Shown: positions 38,659-46,873 of the stretch, piece by piece
How positions within the stretch are numbered: the first letter of the stretch is position 1
How the letters are laid out: every line of letters starts with the position of its first letter
Source of the DNA: Deltaproteobacteria bacterium
Lineage (GTDB): Bacteria; Desulfobacterota; Dissulfuribacteria; Dissulfuribacterales; UBA3076
NCBI GenBank assembly: GCA_003194485.1
Contig: PQXD01000004.1
Location: 90,822 to 154,821, forward strand
Reading direction: 5' to 3'
DNA length: 64,000 bases
Position numbers and translations under genes: made by a program
The notes under the pieces: model-generated
Database searches by the model: none
Told to the model about the DNA's origin: nothing
Seen by the model: only the letters and a program-made list of their open reading frames with translations

Positions 38659-38917
38659 TGTAAACTCATGCAGGACTGCAAGGCTCCGGCCTTTGGCAGG
38701 ATACCAGGACTTAATGCCTTTGTATTGTTGCAACATAGGAGTTATTTTTATATTCTGATTCCGTGCTGTCACCTGAAGGTCTGCAAAAGGCTCAACGTGG
38801 GCATGCAGCCGCGTTCCACATTTCCAGATACGGAATGATTAATTACGTGAATATAGCCCTTTGTCATTTTATATGTTATTTCCTTATTCAAGATTAAAAA
38901 AGGAGGGCTTTTCCTAG

Positions 38918-39928
38918 GTGGGGACTTTCCCTGAAAAGGTATATAGCCACAGATCTAATTCCAAAGGCATTTTGGATTCCTTTAAACCGGATTTTGAAAA
39001 AATTGAGCAGGTGTTGAGCAGGCATTTTGCTTCCCATATACCTTTTGTAAACGAAATAAGCCATTATATCCTTTTCGCCGAAGGAAAACGTCTAAGGCCT
39101 TTACTTACTGTATGTGCAGCAAGATTATGCGGAAGGGATGATGAAGCCGTGTTCGACCTTTCGGCAGTCCCGGAGTACCTCCATGCTGCCAGCCTTTCTC
39201 ACGATGATATAGTAGATGGGGGTGTGATGCGTCGCGGCAGGTCTTCTACCTATAAAATCTGGGGAAATAAGGCCACGGTCCTGGTTGGTGATTTCCTCTA
39301 TGCCAAGGCCATTGAGCTTGCCAGCCGGTTTGGGGACATCCGCATAGTGACAGCCATTGCAGAAGCAGTTGCCCTGATGTCTGAAGGCGAGATTATACAG
39401 CTTTTACAAGCAAAAAACCCGAGCTTTGACGAGGAGACCTATTTAGAAATCATTAAAAGAAAAACAGCATCACTGATTTCAGCATCATGTAAAATCGGTA
39501 CCCTCCTTGCAGGTGCTGGAGAGTCCGAGATGCAGGCCCTCAGCGACTACGGCTTCTATCTGGGCCAGGCATTTCAGATGATTGACGACGTCCTTGATTA
39601 TACTGCAGATGCCAGTGAGCTGGGAAAGACCATTGGGACAGATCTCGCTGAGGGGAAAATCACACTGCCTCTTGTTGTTGCCATTGGGAAGGCATCTTCT
39701 GCAGAAAAGGAGAGGCTGTTAAAGGTACTCAGCAATGGCAATCCCTCTGAGAAGGAACTTGTATGGGTGAAGAATCTGCTGTCCCGCGCCGGGGGGCTGG
39801 ACTATACAAGAAGTCGGGCAAAAGCCCTGGTTGCTTTGGCCTGTGAAGGTTTAGAGACATTTGCTCCATCAGAGACAAGGGACTTACTCCATGACCTTGC
39901 ACAGTTTGTTTTAGAGCGTCGCAAGTAG
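38918..39928 (+). CDS. Polyprenyl diphosphate synthase (IspB-like, long-chain)
   Basis: Two aspartate-rich motifs (LSHDDIVDG and FQMIDDVLD). 336 aa. GTG start. Confidence 0.8.
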   Translation: MGTFPEKVYSHRSNSKGILDSFKPDFEKIEQVLSRHFASHIPFVNEISHYILFAEGKRLRPLLTVCAARLCGRDDEAVFDLSAVPEYLHAASLSHDDIVDGGVMRRGRSSTYKIWGNKATVLVGDFLYAKAIELASRFGDIRIVTAIAEAVALMSEGEIIQLLQAKNPSFDEETYLEIIKRKTASLISASCKIGTLLAGAGESEMQALSDYGFYLGQAFQMIDDVLDYTADASELGKTIGTDLAEGKITLPLVVAIGKASSAEKERLLKVLSNGNPSEKELVWVKNLLSRAGGLDYTRSRAKALVALACEGLETFAPSETRDLLHDLAQFVLERRK

Positions 39929-39947
39929 CGCAAGCAAAGTTAAGGCA

Positions 39948-40673
39948 GTGTCAAGATCTACTGTGATTTTTTCAAAAAGTGCCTTAAAACGATTTATTAT
40001 TGTCGGAGGAGCAGGTGCTCTGGCAACAGGCGCATATGAAATTTTTTGCCCCAGAGCTACCTTGTGGGGCAAGGTATTAACCCATGGCTTCCGAAATGTA
40101 CGTGCAATAAGTCTCGTGTTCGACCGAAGCCCGAATCCGTTAACAGGTCCAATCTGTAAACGACTACATGAGCTTGAGATCCCGGCCACATTTTTCATAG
40201 AAGGGGAGAAGGCCAGGAAAAATCCCAGGGCCTTGCGCTCCCTGCAGTTCTTTGAGATAGGGATTCATGGAGAAAACTACAGATCGCTTATTTTCCAGAA
40301 CAAAACAGAACTGAGGCACATGCTCAAGTCATGCCTTGCCCTGGCAGGCGATATCCAGGGAAGGGACGCCCGCTTTCTCATGCCTCCTTATGGATGGAAG
40401 GATTTACGCCTTGTAAGAATAGCAAGAGAACTGGGTCTTTTAGTGGTCAATCCGTCCCTAAAGCTCGATTGGCGTGAGGGATTTCCTTTTAATACTTCAG
40501 TCGAGCGCATCCTGGCACGGGTGGGTCCTGGCGATATAATTCTTGTGAATAATGATCCATTGAGATCGCCTCCTGAGCCCCTTTTTATTGAGCTGCTCAC
40601 ATTGCTGATTATCGGGCTTAAAGATAAAGACCTCAGGATCTGGGGGCTAAGCCCTTTACTTCTTCGCCATTAA
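39948..40673 (+). CDS. Polysaccharide deacetylase (NodB-homology) family protein
   Basis: IPATFFIEGEKARKNP and GIHGENY are NodB-like patterns. The first catalytic motif is degenerate (VFDRSPNP rather than DDGP). GTG start. Confidence 0.55.
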   Translation: MSRSTVIFSKSALKRFIIVGGAGALATGAYEIFCPRATLWGKVLTHGFRNVRAISLVFDRSPNPLTGPICKRLHELEIPATFFIEGEKARKNPRALRSLQFFEIGIHGENYRSLIFQNKTELRHMLKSCLALAGDIQGRDARFLMPPYGWKDLRLVRIARELGLLVVNPSLKLDWREGFPFNTSVERILARVGPGDIILVNNDPLRSPPEPLFIELLTLLIIGLKDKDLRIWGLSPLLLRH

Positions 40674-40679
40674 TTTCAT

Positions 40680-40750
40680 GTAAATATCCGGTGAACCCTC
40701 AGTCCACTCCGCAAACCGTTCACGGGCAGGGGACATTTCTTTGAACAGTT
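40680..40750 (+). repeat. Truncated O-element left end plus C-module type-a left arm
   Basis: GTAAATATCCGGTGAACCC..ACCGTTCACGGGCAGGGGACATTTCTTTGAACAGTT stops 3 nt before the rluB ATG. No matching right halves are present. Confidence 0.75.
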
Positions 40751-40753
40751 CAG

Positions 40754-41473
40754 ATGAGACTGCAAAAATACCTCGCCAATGCCGGTGTATGCTCCAGGAG
40801 AGCCGCAGAAGTGCTCATCCGCTCAGGCCGGGTCACTATAAACGGTGAGGTTGCAAGGCTTGGATCCAAGATAGATCCATACACAGATATCATCTGCGTT
40901 GACAAGATCAGGGTTCTCTGTAAAAGACAACTCGTTTATCTTTTGCTTAATAAACCAAAAGGCGTCCTGACCACAGCTCGTGATCCCTATGGGCGAACCA
41001 CTGTAATGGATCTGCTTCCGGGAAGAGTTCCGGAGCGGGTTTATCCTGCTGGGCGCCTGGATAAAGACAGTGAGGGTCTGCTCCTCCTCACAAATGACGG
41101 TGCTCTGGTTCACCGGCTATTGCATCCCAGCCATAAGATCTCAAAGACTTACCATGCAACAGTGAGAGGGAGACCTTCAAAAGCCGCTTTGGATCTGCTT
41201 CGACGAGGTATAGAGATAGAAGGAAAAACGACATTGCCCTGCGAATTGCGTGTGCTGAAAACCACGAGGCGTTCGACGATACTGGAAGTTACGCTGAAAG
41301 AAGGCAGAAAACGCCAGATAAGATTGATGTTCAATACGTTAGGCCATTCCGTCATCAGGCTGATACGTATCAAAATAGGTCCTATAAGGCTGGGGAAGCT
41401 GCAACCTGGCAAGTACAGGATATTGACCGACACTGAAGTGGAGCTGCTGAAGAAGTCAGCGGGATTGGTTTAA
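40754..41473 (+). CDS. rluB: Pseudouridine synthase, RsuA/RluB family
   Basis: S4 domain MRLQKYLANAGVCSRR and the catalytic GRLDKDSEGLLLLTNDG motif. Confidence 0.85.
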   Translation: MRLQKYLANAGVCSRRAAEVLIRSGRVTINGEVARLGSKIDPYTDIICVDKIRVLCKRQLVYLLLNKPKGVLTTARDPYGRTTVMDLLPGRVPERVYPAGRLDKDSEGLLLLTNDGALVHRLLHPSHKISKTYHATVRGRPSKAALDLLRRGIEIEGKTTLPCELRVLKTTRRSTILEVTLKEGRKRQIRLMFNTLGHSVIRLIRIKIGPIRLGKLQPGKYRILTDTEVELLKKSAGLV

Positions 41474-42255
41474 ATAGCAATAAAACCCAGATACCAGTCT
41501 GTCAGTTCATGCCCCCAGAATAAGGTTATTAGGGCGGCCCCAACCAGAAAGGGACCGTAAGGTATGGCCATATGCCTGTTTCCTTTCTGTAACGACATTA
41601 TTGTCAGGCCGGCAACTGAACCTGCTGCGGCACTCAATAGGATTACAAGCGGAATTGCCTGCCACCCCAAAAATGCCCCTATCATAGCAAGGAGCTTAAT
41701 GTCCCCGCCCCCCATTCCCTCCTTGCGGGCAATGATATAATAGCCCCATGCCACAAGAAATAAAATGCCTCCGCCCATCAATATCCCCAGAAGAGAATCC
41801 CGCCATGACAGCCCGGGAAGCAGAAACGAAGACAGGAAGCCAACGGCAATCCCGGGCAAAGACACTGCATCCGGGATAATTTGATGTGCAAGGTCGACAA
41901 ATGTCACAATTATGAGACATGCTGAAAAATAAAAATAAATAAATAGTTCAGAACTAAAACCAAACTTGTACCAAAGAACAAGGCACAAGAGGCCGCTCAG
42001 CAGCTCAACAAGTGGATACTGCATGGAGATCCTTTCCCCGCAAGAACTGCATTTTGCCCTAAGAAGCAAAAAACTCAGTATGGGGATATTTTCCCACCAT
42101 TTCAGCCTGTGGCCACATTTCGGACAGGCAGAACCAGGCCTTACCACCGACCTGCCTTGAGGCAGTCGGCATATGCATACATTCAAAAAGCTACCGATAC
42201 AGGTCCCCAGCAAAAAGGCCAGAAAGGGCCAGGCGAATGTCGGCAAGGTAATCAT
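41470..42255 (-). CDS. pilD: Prepilin peptidase (A24 family)
   Basis: CPKCGHRL...CSSCGERI zinc motif, GMGGGDIKLL active-site region, multiple TM helices. Confidence 0.9.
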   Translation of the reverse strand: MITLPTFAWPFLAFLLGTCIGSFLNVCICRLPQGRSVVRPGSACPKCGHRLKWWENIPILSFLLLRAKCSSCGERISMQYPLVELLSGLLCLVLWYKFGFSSELFIYFYFSACLIIVTFVDLAHQIIPDAVSLPGIAVGFLSSFLLPGLSWRDSLLGILMGGGILFLVAWGYYIIARKEGMGGGDIKLLAMIGAFLGWQAIPLVILLSAAAGSVAGLTIMSLQKGNRHMAIPYGPFLVGAALITLFWGHELTDWYLGFIAI

Positions 42256-42668
42256 ATCACTTCTTTTTCCCCTGACCCGCTCGGCAGGGTGTGAAGCTTC
42301 AATAGGCCCTGCCTTACCAGGTCCAGATAATTTTTCCTTACCTCCTCAAGCTGAGACATAATCTTTATAAATCGTAAATACAAATTATAGTATTCTGACT
42401 GATCAGGCTCAAACCTCACCTGAACGAACTGGAACCCGACCCCTGTCTTTGACCGGCCCAGATGTTGTATGTAACCCTTGAGGGCAATAGTTCCCACTAC
42501 CGGCAACTCAATAAGCAGGTCAGTGATGAGCCCTATAGACACAGAGCAGTTTACTGCCACATAACATCCGCTTAGCGAGATATTGGAAGTGTATCCCGAT
42601 ATATTGAACTCTGGAAAATATACGCGGAATTTTGCTAAGTATCGGATTTCTTTTCGCTTTTCGTGCAC
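42252..42668 (-). CDS. PilZ domain protein (c-di-GMP receptor)
   Basis: RKEIR (RxxxR) and NISLSG (D/NxSxxG) motifs. The stop overlaps the pilD start by 4 nt. Confidence 0.75.
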   Translation of the reverse strand: MHEKRKEIRYLAKFRVYFPEFNISGYTSNISLSGCYVAVNCSVSIGLITDLLIELPVVGTIALKGYIQHLGRSKTGVGFQFVQVRFEPDQSEYYNLYLRFIKIMSQLEEVRKNYLDLVRQGLLKLHTLPSGSGEKEVI

Positions 42669-42695
42669 GGAATTTCTCCTGTATTGAATGCCGGC

Positions 42696-43826
42696 TCAAT
42701 AATCACAAAAGACCTGTCTACTGATACTTACTTTACTCTTCGGACATAACGAAGCATGAGAAAAATTTCCCCCAAGGGCTCGATTGCCCGTGGCAGCATG
42801 ATCAGGGAGTATCGATGAACCGGCTTTTTTTATAACAGGGCCCTTGGACCAGCGTCCGGCAACACTTTCTTTTACGGCAAAGCTTGCAGGAGGAACGAGT
42901 ACGGGTAAGGTCCTCACGAGTTGCACTTCTACAGTATCTTTTGTCATAAGTTTTTGTGCCCATTCGCCATCGAGCTGTACAGGAAGATTCTGCTTACCGG
43001 TGATTTTTACAGAACAGGCCTGAGAAGTGGCTCTGGGATCTGAAAGAGAAGTGATGCGACCTCTCAGCAGCAGCCCCAGATATGCTCTGATAGCGGGAAT
43101 GGCATATACTTCTAACTTCCCATCGCTCCAGCAGGACACGGATGAAAGAGACCCGCCGCCAGCATAATACTCAATGTTAGAAAGGATCAAAGTGCCATGT
43201 CCTCTTAGCCTGATTTGATTCATATTCCCCTTTTTATCAAGGAAACACGCATCTATTTTATGGTAACTGGATTTGAGCTTAGCCGAAAGTATATATTTCA
43301 GGCCTACAGCTATAAAAAGAAACTGATTCCATCTCTTTCCAAGGTGACGGCAAAGACGTTTCAGGCGTATTCGTGAGACGGACGCCACTATCCTTGCATC
43401 CAGGCCAAAACCTGCATATCCTATAAATCTGCGGTCTCCGCAGGACCATAGGTCCATTGCTTCAACCTTTCCGGCACTGATCCCCGACCAGAAATAATCA
43501 AGTCCACCCTGATTCCATACTTCCCACCAGCCCAGGCTTCTGGCCAGATCGTTCCCTGTGCCGAGTGGCAGGATGGCAAGCGGCGGGGGCCTGTCAAGCT
43601 CGCCAAGTGCACGTGCAACCGCTGATACGGTGCCATCACCTCCTGCAACAACAGTAAGGTCACAGCCTGAAGCCAAGGACAACACCTGAGCCTCAAGATG
43701 TTCAGGATCAGTAAAGACAATATGCCTGTTGAGACTCCGGACATGCACGACACGCTTTAGTTCAGCGGCAATCTTTTTCCCCGCATGAGCGCCGGCTACG
43801 GGATTTATAAGAAAAAGACAATCCAT
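42696..43826 (-). CDS. Diacylglycerol/lipid kinase family protein (YegS/BmrU-like)
   Basis: MDCLFLINPVAGA and VAGGDGTVS (DAGK catalytic domain), with a long C-terminal extension. Confidence 0.75.
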   Translation of the reverse strand: MDCLFLINPVAGAHAGKKIAAELKRVVHVRSLNRHIVFTDPEHLEAQVLSLASGCDLTVVAGGDGTVSAVARALGELDRPPPLAILPLGTGNDLARSLGWWEVWNQGGLDYFWSGISAGKVEAMDLWSCGDRRFIGYAGFGLDARIVASVSRIRLKRLCRHLGKRWNQFLFIAVGLKYILSAKLKSSYHKIDACFLDKKGNMNQIRLRGHGTLILSNIEYYAGGGSLSSVSCWSDGKLEVYAIPAIRAYLGLLLRGRITSLSDPRATSQACSVKITGKQNLPVQLDGEWAQKLMTKDTVEVQLVRTLPVLVPPASFAVKESVAGRWSKGPVIKKAGSSILPDHAATGNRALGGNFSHASLCPKSKVSISRQVFCDY

Positions 43827-43873
43827 AATTCCTTGCCAGGATAAGCTTAAATTATTAGATTAGAAACAAAAAA

Positions 43874-45226
43874 ATGACCATGAAACCAAATAATTTCCGC
43901 ATTCTGGTAGTAGACGACGAAAGACACTTGACGGCTCTCTTGGGCCGAATCCTTACACAGTCAGGCTATCAAGTAAAGACTGCCAGCAGCGGCATCAGCG
44001 CTATTGGCAAAATTGATGATTTTTCTCCCAACCTTGTAATTACGGACCTCAAAATGCCTGATATCAACGGACTTGACCTCTTAAGAAAGGTGCGGTCGGA
44101 AAGGCCGGAAATCGATTTTATAATCCTTACGGCCTATGCGACTGTGGAAAATGCTGTAGAGGCTATAAAGGAAGGGGCTTTAGACTATCTCATAAAGCCC
44201 CTCAAGGATCCGGATGAATTACGGATGGCGGTGTCCAGAGTGGTGGAACGCCAGAACCTCGTGGCAGTGGATACTCTATGGAGAAATCAGCTTTCCGAAG
44301 GTCTCCCGCCTACCGATGTTCTGTTTGCCGGCATGGAGGAAGTATGGATAGAAGTACAGCACGTGGCCGGGACAGACGCCACCATATTGCTTCAGGGGGA
44401 AAGCGGTACCGGAAAGAGCCTTGTAGCCAAAGCAATTCATCATTTGAGCGGACGAAAAGGTCCATTTGTTGAGCTTAATTGTGCTGCAATACCTGAAACC
44501 CTTATTGAGTCCGAACTCTTTGGACACGAAAAGGGTGCGTTTACCGGAGCGGTCAATGCCAAGAGGGGAAAGTTCGAGCTTGCCCAGAATGGGACCATGT
44601 TTCTGGACGAGATAGGTGAAATGCCCTTGTCTGCTCAAGCAAAGTTTCTTCGAATACTCCAGGAAAAGGCGTTTGAAAGGGTGGGAGGTACTACTACTCT
44701 CAATACCAGCGCCAGAATAATTGCCGCCACCAACCAGGACCTTATGGCTGGAATACGTGAAAAACGCTTCAGAGAAGACCTTTACTATCGTTTAAATGTT
44801 TTCCCAATAAACCTTCCTCCTTTGAGAAACCGCCTCGAGTCGGTACAGGTGCTTACTGACTATCTTGTACGCTCGATATCTATGCGTGTTGGGAAAAAGG
44901 TCTCTGAAATTTCCAAAGACACGCTGAGACAAATAAAATCCTATGAATGGCCCGGCAATGTGCGGGAACTACATAATGTCATTGAGCGAGCCATTATTTT
45001 AAGCCGGGACTCCAGGCTGACACTGCCTTCGTTGACAACCTCACCTGTCGAGATTGCACCTGGATCAGCTACTAAACGGCTTCGTAGTTTACGAGACCTG
45101 GAAAAAGAAGCCATTGAGGAAACTATCAGGGAAACAGATGGACATAGACGTAATGCAGCAAAAATATTAGGTATTTCAATCAGAACGCTTCAATACAAGC
45201 TAAAGGAATACGGTCTTCTTAAATAG
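43874..45226 (+). CDS. Sigma-54-dependent response regulator (NtrC family: REC + AAA+ + Fis-type HTH)
   Basis: ILVVDDE...[12 protein letters not shown] is the receiver. GESGTGKS and [13 protein letters not shown] (GAFTGA) mark the AAA+ domain. [20 protein letters not shown] is the HTH. Confidence 0.95.
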   Translation: MTMKPNNFRILVVDDERHLTALLGRILTQSGYQVKTASSGISAIGKIDDFSPNLVITDLKMPDINGLDLLRKVRSERPEIDFIILTAYATVENAVEAIKEGALDYLIKPLKDPDELRMAVSRVVERQNLVAVDTLWRNQLSEGLPPTDVLFAGMEEVWIEVQHVAGTDATILLQGESGTGKSLVAKAIHHLSGRKGPFVELNCAAIPETLIESELFGHEKGAFTGAVNAKRGKFELAQNGTMFLDEIGEMPLSAQAKFLRILQEKAFERVGGTTTLNTSARIIAATNQDLMAGIREKRFREDLYYRLNVFPINLPPLRNRLESVQVLTDYLVRSISMRVGKKVSEISKDTLRQIKSYEWPGNVRELHNVIERAIILSRDSRLTLPSLTTSPVEIAPGSATKRLRSLRDLEKEAIEETIRETDGHRRNAAKILGISIRTLQYKLKEYGLLK

Positions 45227-45227
45227 A

Positions 45228-45243
45228 TGGCACGATGTTTGCT
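45228..45243 (+). promoter_or_regulatory. Sigma-54 promoter, consensus-perfect (TGGCACG-N4-TTGCT)
   Basis: TGGCACGATGTTTGCT begins 2 nt after the activator gene's stop codon. GG and GC are correctly spaced at -24/-12. Confidence 0.7.
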
Positions 45244-45253
45244 TATTAGAATA

Positions 45254-45330
45254 TATAAAAAATATTATCCCTCCCAACCCTCCTCTCCCCGAAGGCCTTC
45301 TTGGAATTCTCCAAAAAGGCCTTCTTTTTT
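45254..45330 (+). ncRNA. Candidate sigma-54-dependent small RNA (about 77 nt) with a CU-rich region and intrinsic terminator
   Basis: Bounded by the predicted start about 12 nt after the -12 GC and the terminator at 45291-45330. Contains CCCTCCCAACCCTCCTCTCCCC (45269-45290). No plausible ORF starts downstream of the promoter. Confidence 0.35.
45291..45330 (+). terminator. Rho-independent terminator
   Basis: GAAGGCCTTcTTGGA-attc-TCCAAaaAAGGCCTTC followed by T6 (45325-45330). Confidence 0.85.
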
Positions 45331-45495
45331 ATACTGGTATATCCTTCTGCACGGTCTTTCAGGGAGCTTTAAAGTCGCAATCCATTTATTACTGCTCCAG
45401 GATTTCATTGGTTTATCCAAAAGGCCGCTTATTTCCAGGCAAAAAATGCCGGGAATCCCTCCCTGGAGATATCGAAAAATAACCATGCAAAAGTC

Positions 45496-45553
45496 AGTGC
45501 AAAAATTGCATAAATTAAGTGCAAAAATTGCATAAACCCGCAAAAATTGCATA
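45496..45553 (+). promoter_or_regulatory. Three direct repeats of a TGCA-N5-TTGCA motif (putative enhancer/UAS for the adjacent activator)
   Basis: AGTGCAAAAATTGCATAAA occurs at 45496-45514 and again, identically, at 45518-45536. GCAAAAATTGCATA occurs at 45540-45553. The repeats lie about 100-150 bp upstream of the 45648 promoter. Confidence 0.55.
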
Positions 45554-45647
45554 TCGTGTCTACTGCAATCTTGATTGAAATTTCTCAAAATGGTAAAAAT
45601 TTTTGATATTTTAGATAAATTGAGTCATTAATGCGTGGATATTCAAG

Positions 45648-45663
45648 AGGTACGCAATCTGCA
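45648..45663 (+). promoter_or_regulatory. Probable sigma-54 promoter (aGGtACG-N4-cTGCA)
   Basis: GG at 45649-45650 and GC at 45661-45662 with exact 10-nt spacing, matching 9 of the 12 specified consensus positions. It lies about 115 nt upstream of the 45777 ORF. Confidence 0.5.
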
Positions 45664-45776
45664 TATATTTTCTTGAGTAATCTTAAAAGACAAGAATTGT
45701 ACAAACAATTAACAAAAATCAAAGAGGGCACTTCCGGTTTGTCCCCAAAGTCGACCAGAGGCACAGTTAAGTAGCC

Positions 45777-46244
45777 GTGAACGTGCATAGGGCAATCGAG
45801 TCAAAAGCTGCTTATCATCCCCTTTTTTTCTTAGTTGTCATTCTGTTATTGAACGGTGTCGGCTCTGCTCATGCCAGGAGTATAGGTTATGATGAAAACA
45901 CGGAGATAGTAGCCAGGGGAATAATAAGACAGTGTGAGGCGAAGCCCTATATGAATTTTCAGTGTTTTACTCTTCAGTCCGGATCTCGAATTTTCAGGGT
46001 TATTGTTGCTCCTCGATGGTTTGTCAGGAGAATTCGACTTCAACTCAATAACGGAGTGAAGGTAGAAGTGGTTGGATCGAAATTCTTCGGCAGAGATGGA
46101 CGCCTTTGTCTATTGGCAAGATACATAAGATTTCCTTCCTCAAGAAGAAACGTTGTATTGAGAGACAGGAACTGCAGGCCTGTCTGGCAAAATTCCTGCC
46201 TGAGAGAATCCTCCTGTCTGCGCATTTTTTATCAATCTCCATAG
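45777..46244 (+). CDS. Hypothetical secreted protein (155 aa)
   Basis: GTG start. Hydrophobic signal-like segment PLFFLVVILLLNGVGSAHA. No recognisable motif. Probable target of the upstream sigma-54 promoter. Confidence 0.5.
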   Translation: MNVHRAIESKAAYHPLFFLVVILLLNGVGSAHARSIGYDENTEIVARGIIRQCEAKPYMNFQCFTLQSGSRIFRVIVAPRWFVRRIRLQLNNGVKVEVVGSKFFGRDGRLCLLARYIRFPSSRRNVVLRDRNCRPVWQNSCLRESSCLRIFYQSP

Positions 46245-46266
46245 TAAATCTTATTTCTTTAAACAC

Positions 46267-46863
46267 ATGTCCTTTCCTGATCCTTCTTTTTACCGGAGCC
46301 AAATCCTGGCCAAACGCGACCGTCTTTCCTCCTTTAATCTGAGCCATCTTAGCGAAACAATAACTTACAGGCTCAGGGGGCTTGAAGAATACAAGAGCAG
46401 CAGGATGCCTCTTATTTATGTATCCTTCAGGAGCGAGGTGGAAACGCATCAACTCATCAAAGAGAGGCTCAATAGCGGGCTTGAAGTGGCCATTCCCAAG
46501 ACGGACGTCAAAAACAGGCAGCTGGAAACTTACCTCTTGGAGGATTGGGGAAAAGATCTCAGGCCCGGGGCCTATGGAATATTAGAGCCGGATGCAGAAG
46601 CAGCCTCATTAATACAACCATCCCAAATAGACCTGGCAGTGGTTCCCGGCAGTGTATTCGACCGCAAATGCGGCCGATATGGATACGGAGGGGGATACTT
46701 TGACCGTTTCTTATCCATAAAGGCCCCTCAAGCCATTCGTATAGGACTTGCTTTCAGTCTTCAGCTGCTTCCGGAAATTCCCCTGAAAACCCATGACCAG
46801 AGAATGGACATTATCGTAACAGAAAGTGAGATACTGCGGTGCAATTACAGGGCAGATTCATGA
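46267..46863 (+). CDS. 5-formyltetrahydrofolate cyclo-ligase
   Basis: VVPGSVFDRKCGRYGYGGGYFDRFL is the family signature. 198 aa. Confidence 0.85.
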   Translation: MSFPDPSFYRSQILAKRDRLSSFNLSHLSETITYRLRGLEEYKSSRMPLIYVSFRSEVETHQLIKERLNSGLEVAIPKTDVKNRQLETYLLEDWGKDLRPGAYGILEPDAEAASLIQPSQIDLAVVPGSVFDRKCGRYGYGGGYFDRFLSIKAPQAIRIGLAFSLQLLPEIPLKTHDQRMDIIVTESEILRCNYRADS

Positions 46864-46873
46864 ACGCTTGCTC

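Noticed and set aside
45227-45535. A 102-aa plus-strand ORF and a 107-aa minus-strand ORF (45265-45588) in the activator-downstream intergenic region.
   Set aside because: The plus-strand ORF starts upstream of the sigma-54 promoter and reads through a strong terminator. Both are low-complexity and lack an RBS, and the region is better explained by regulatory elements.
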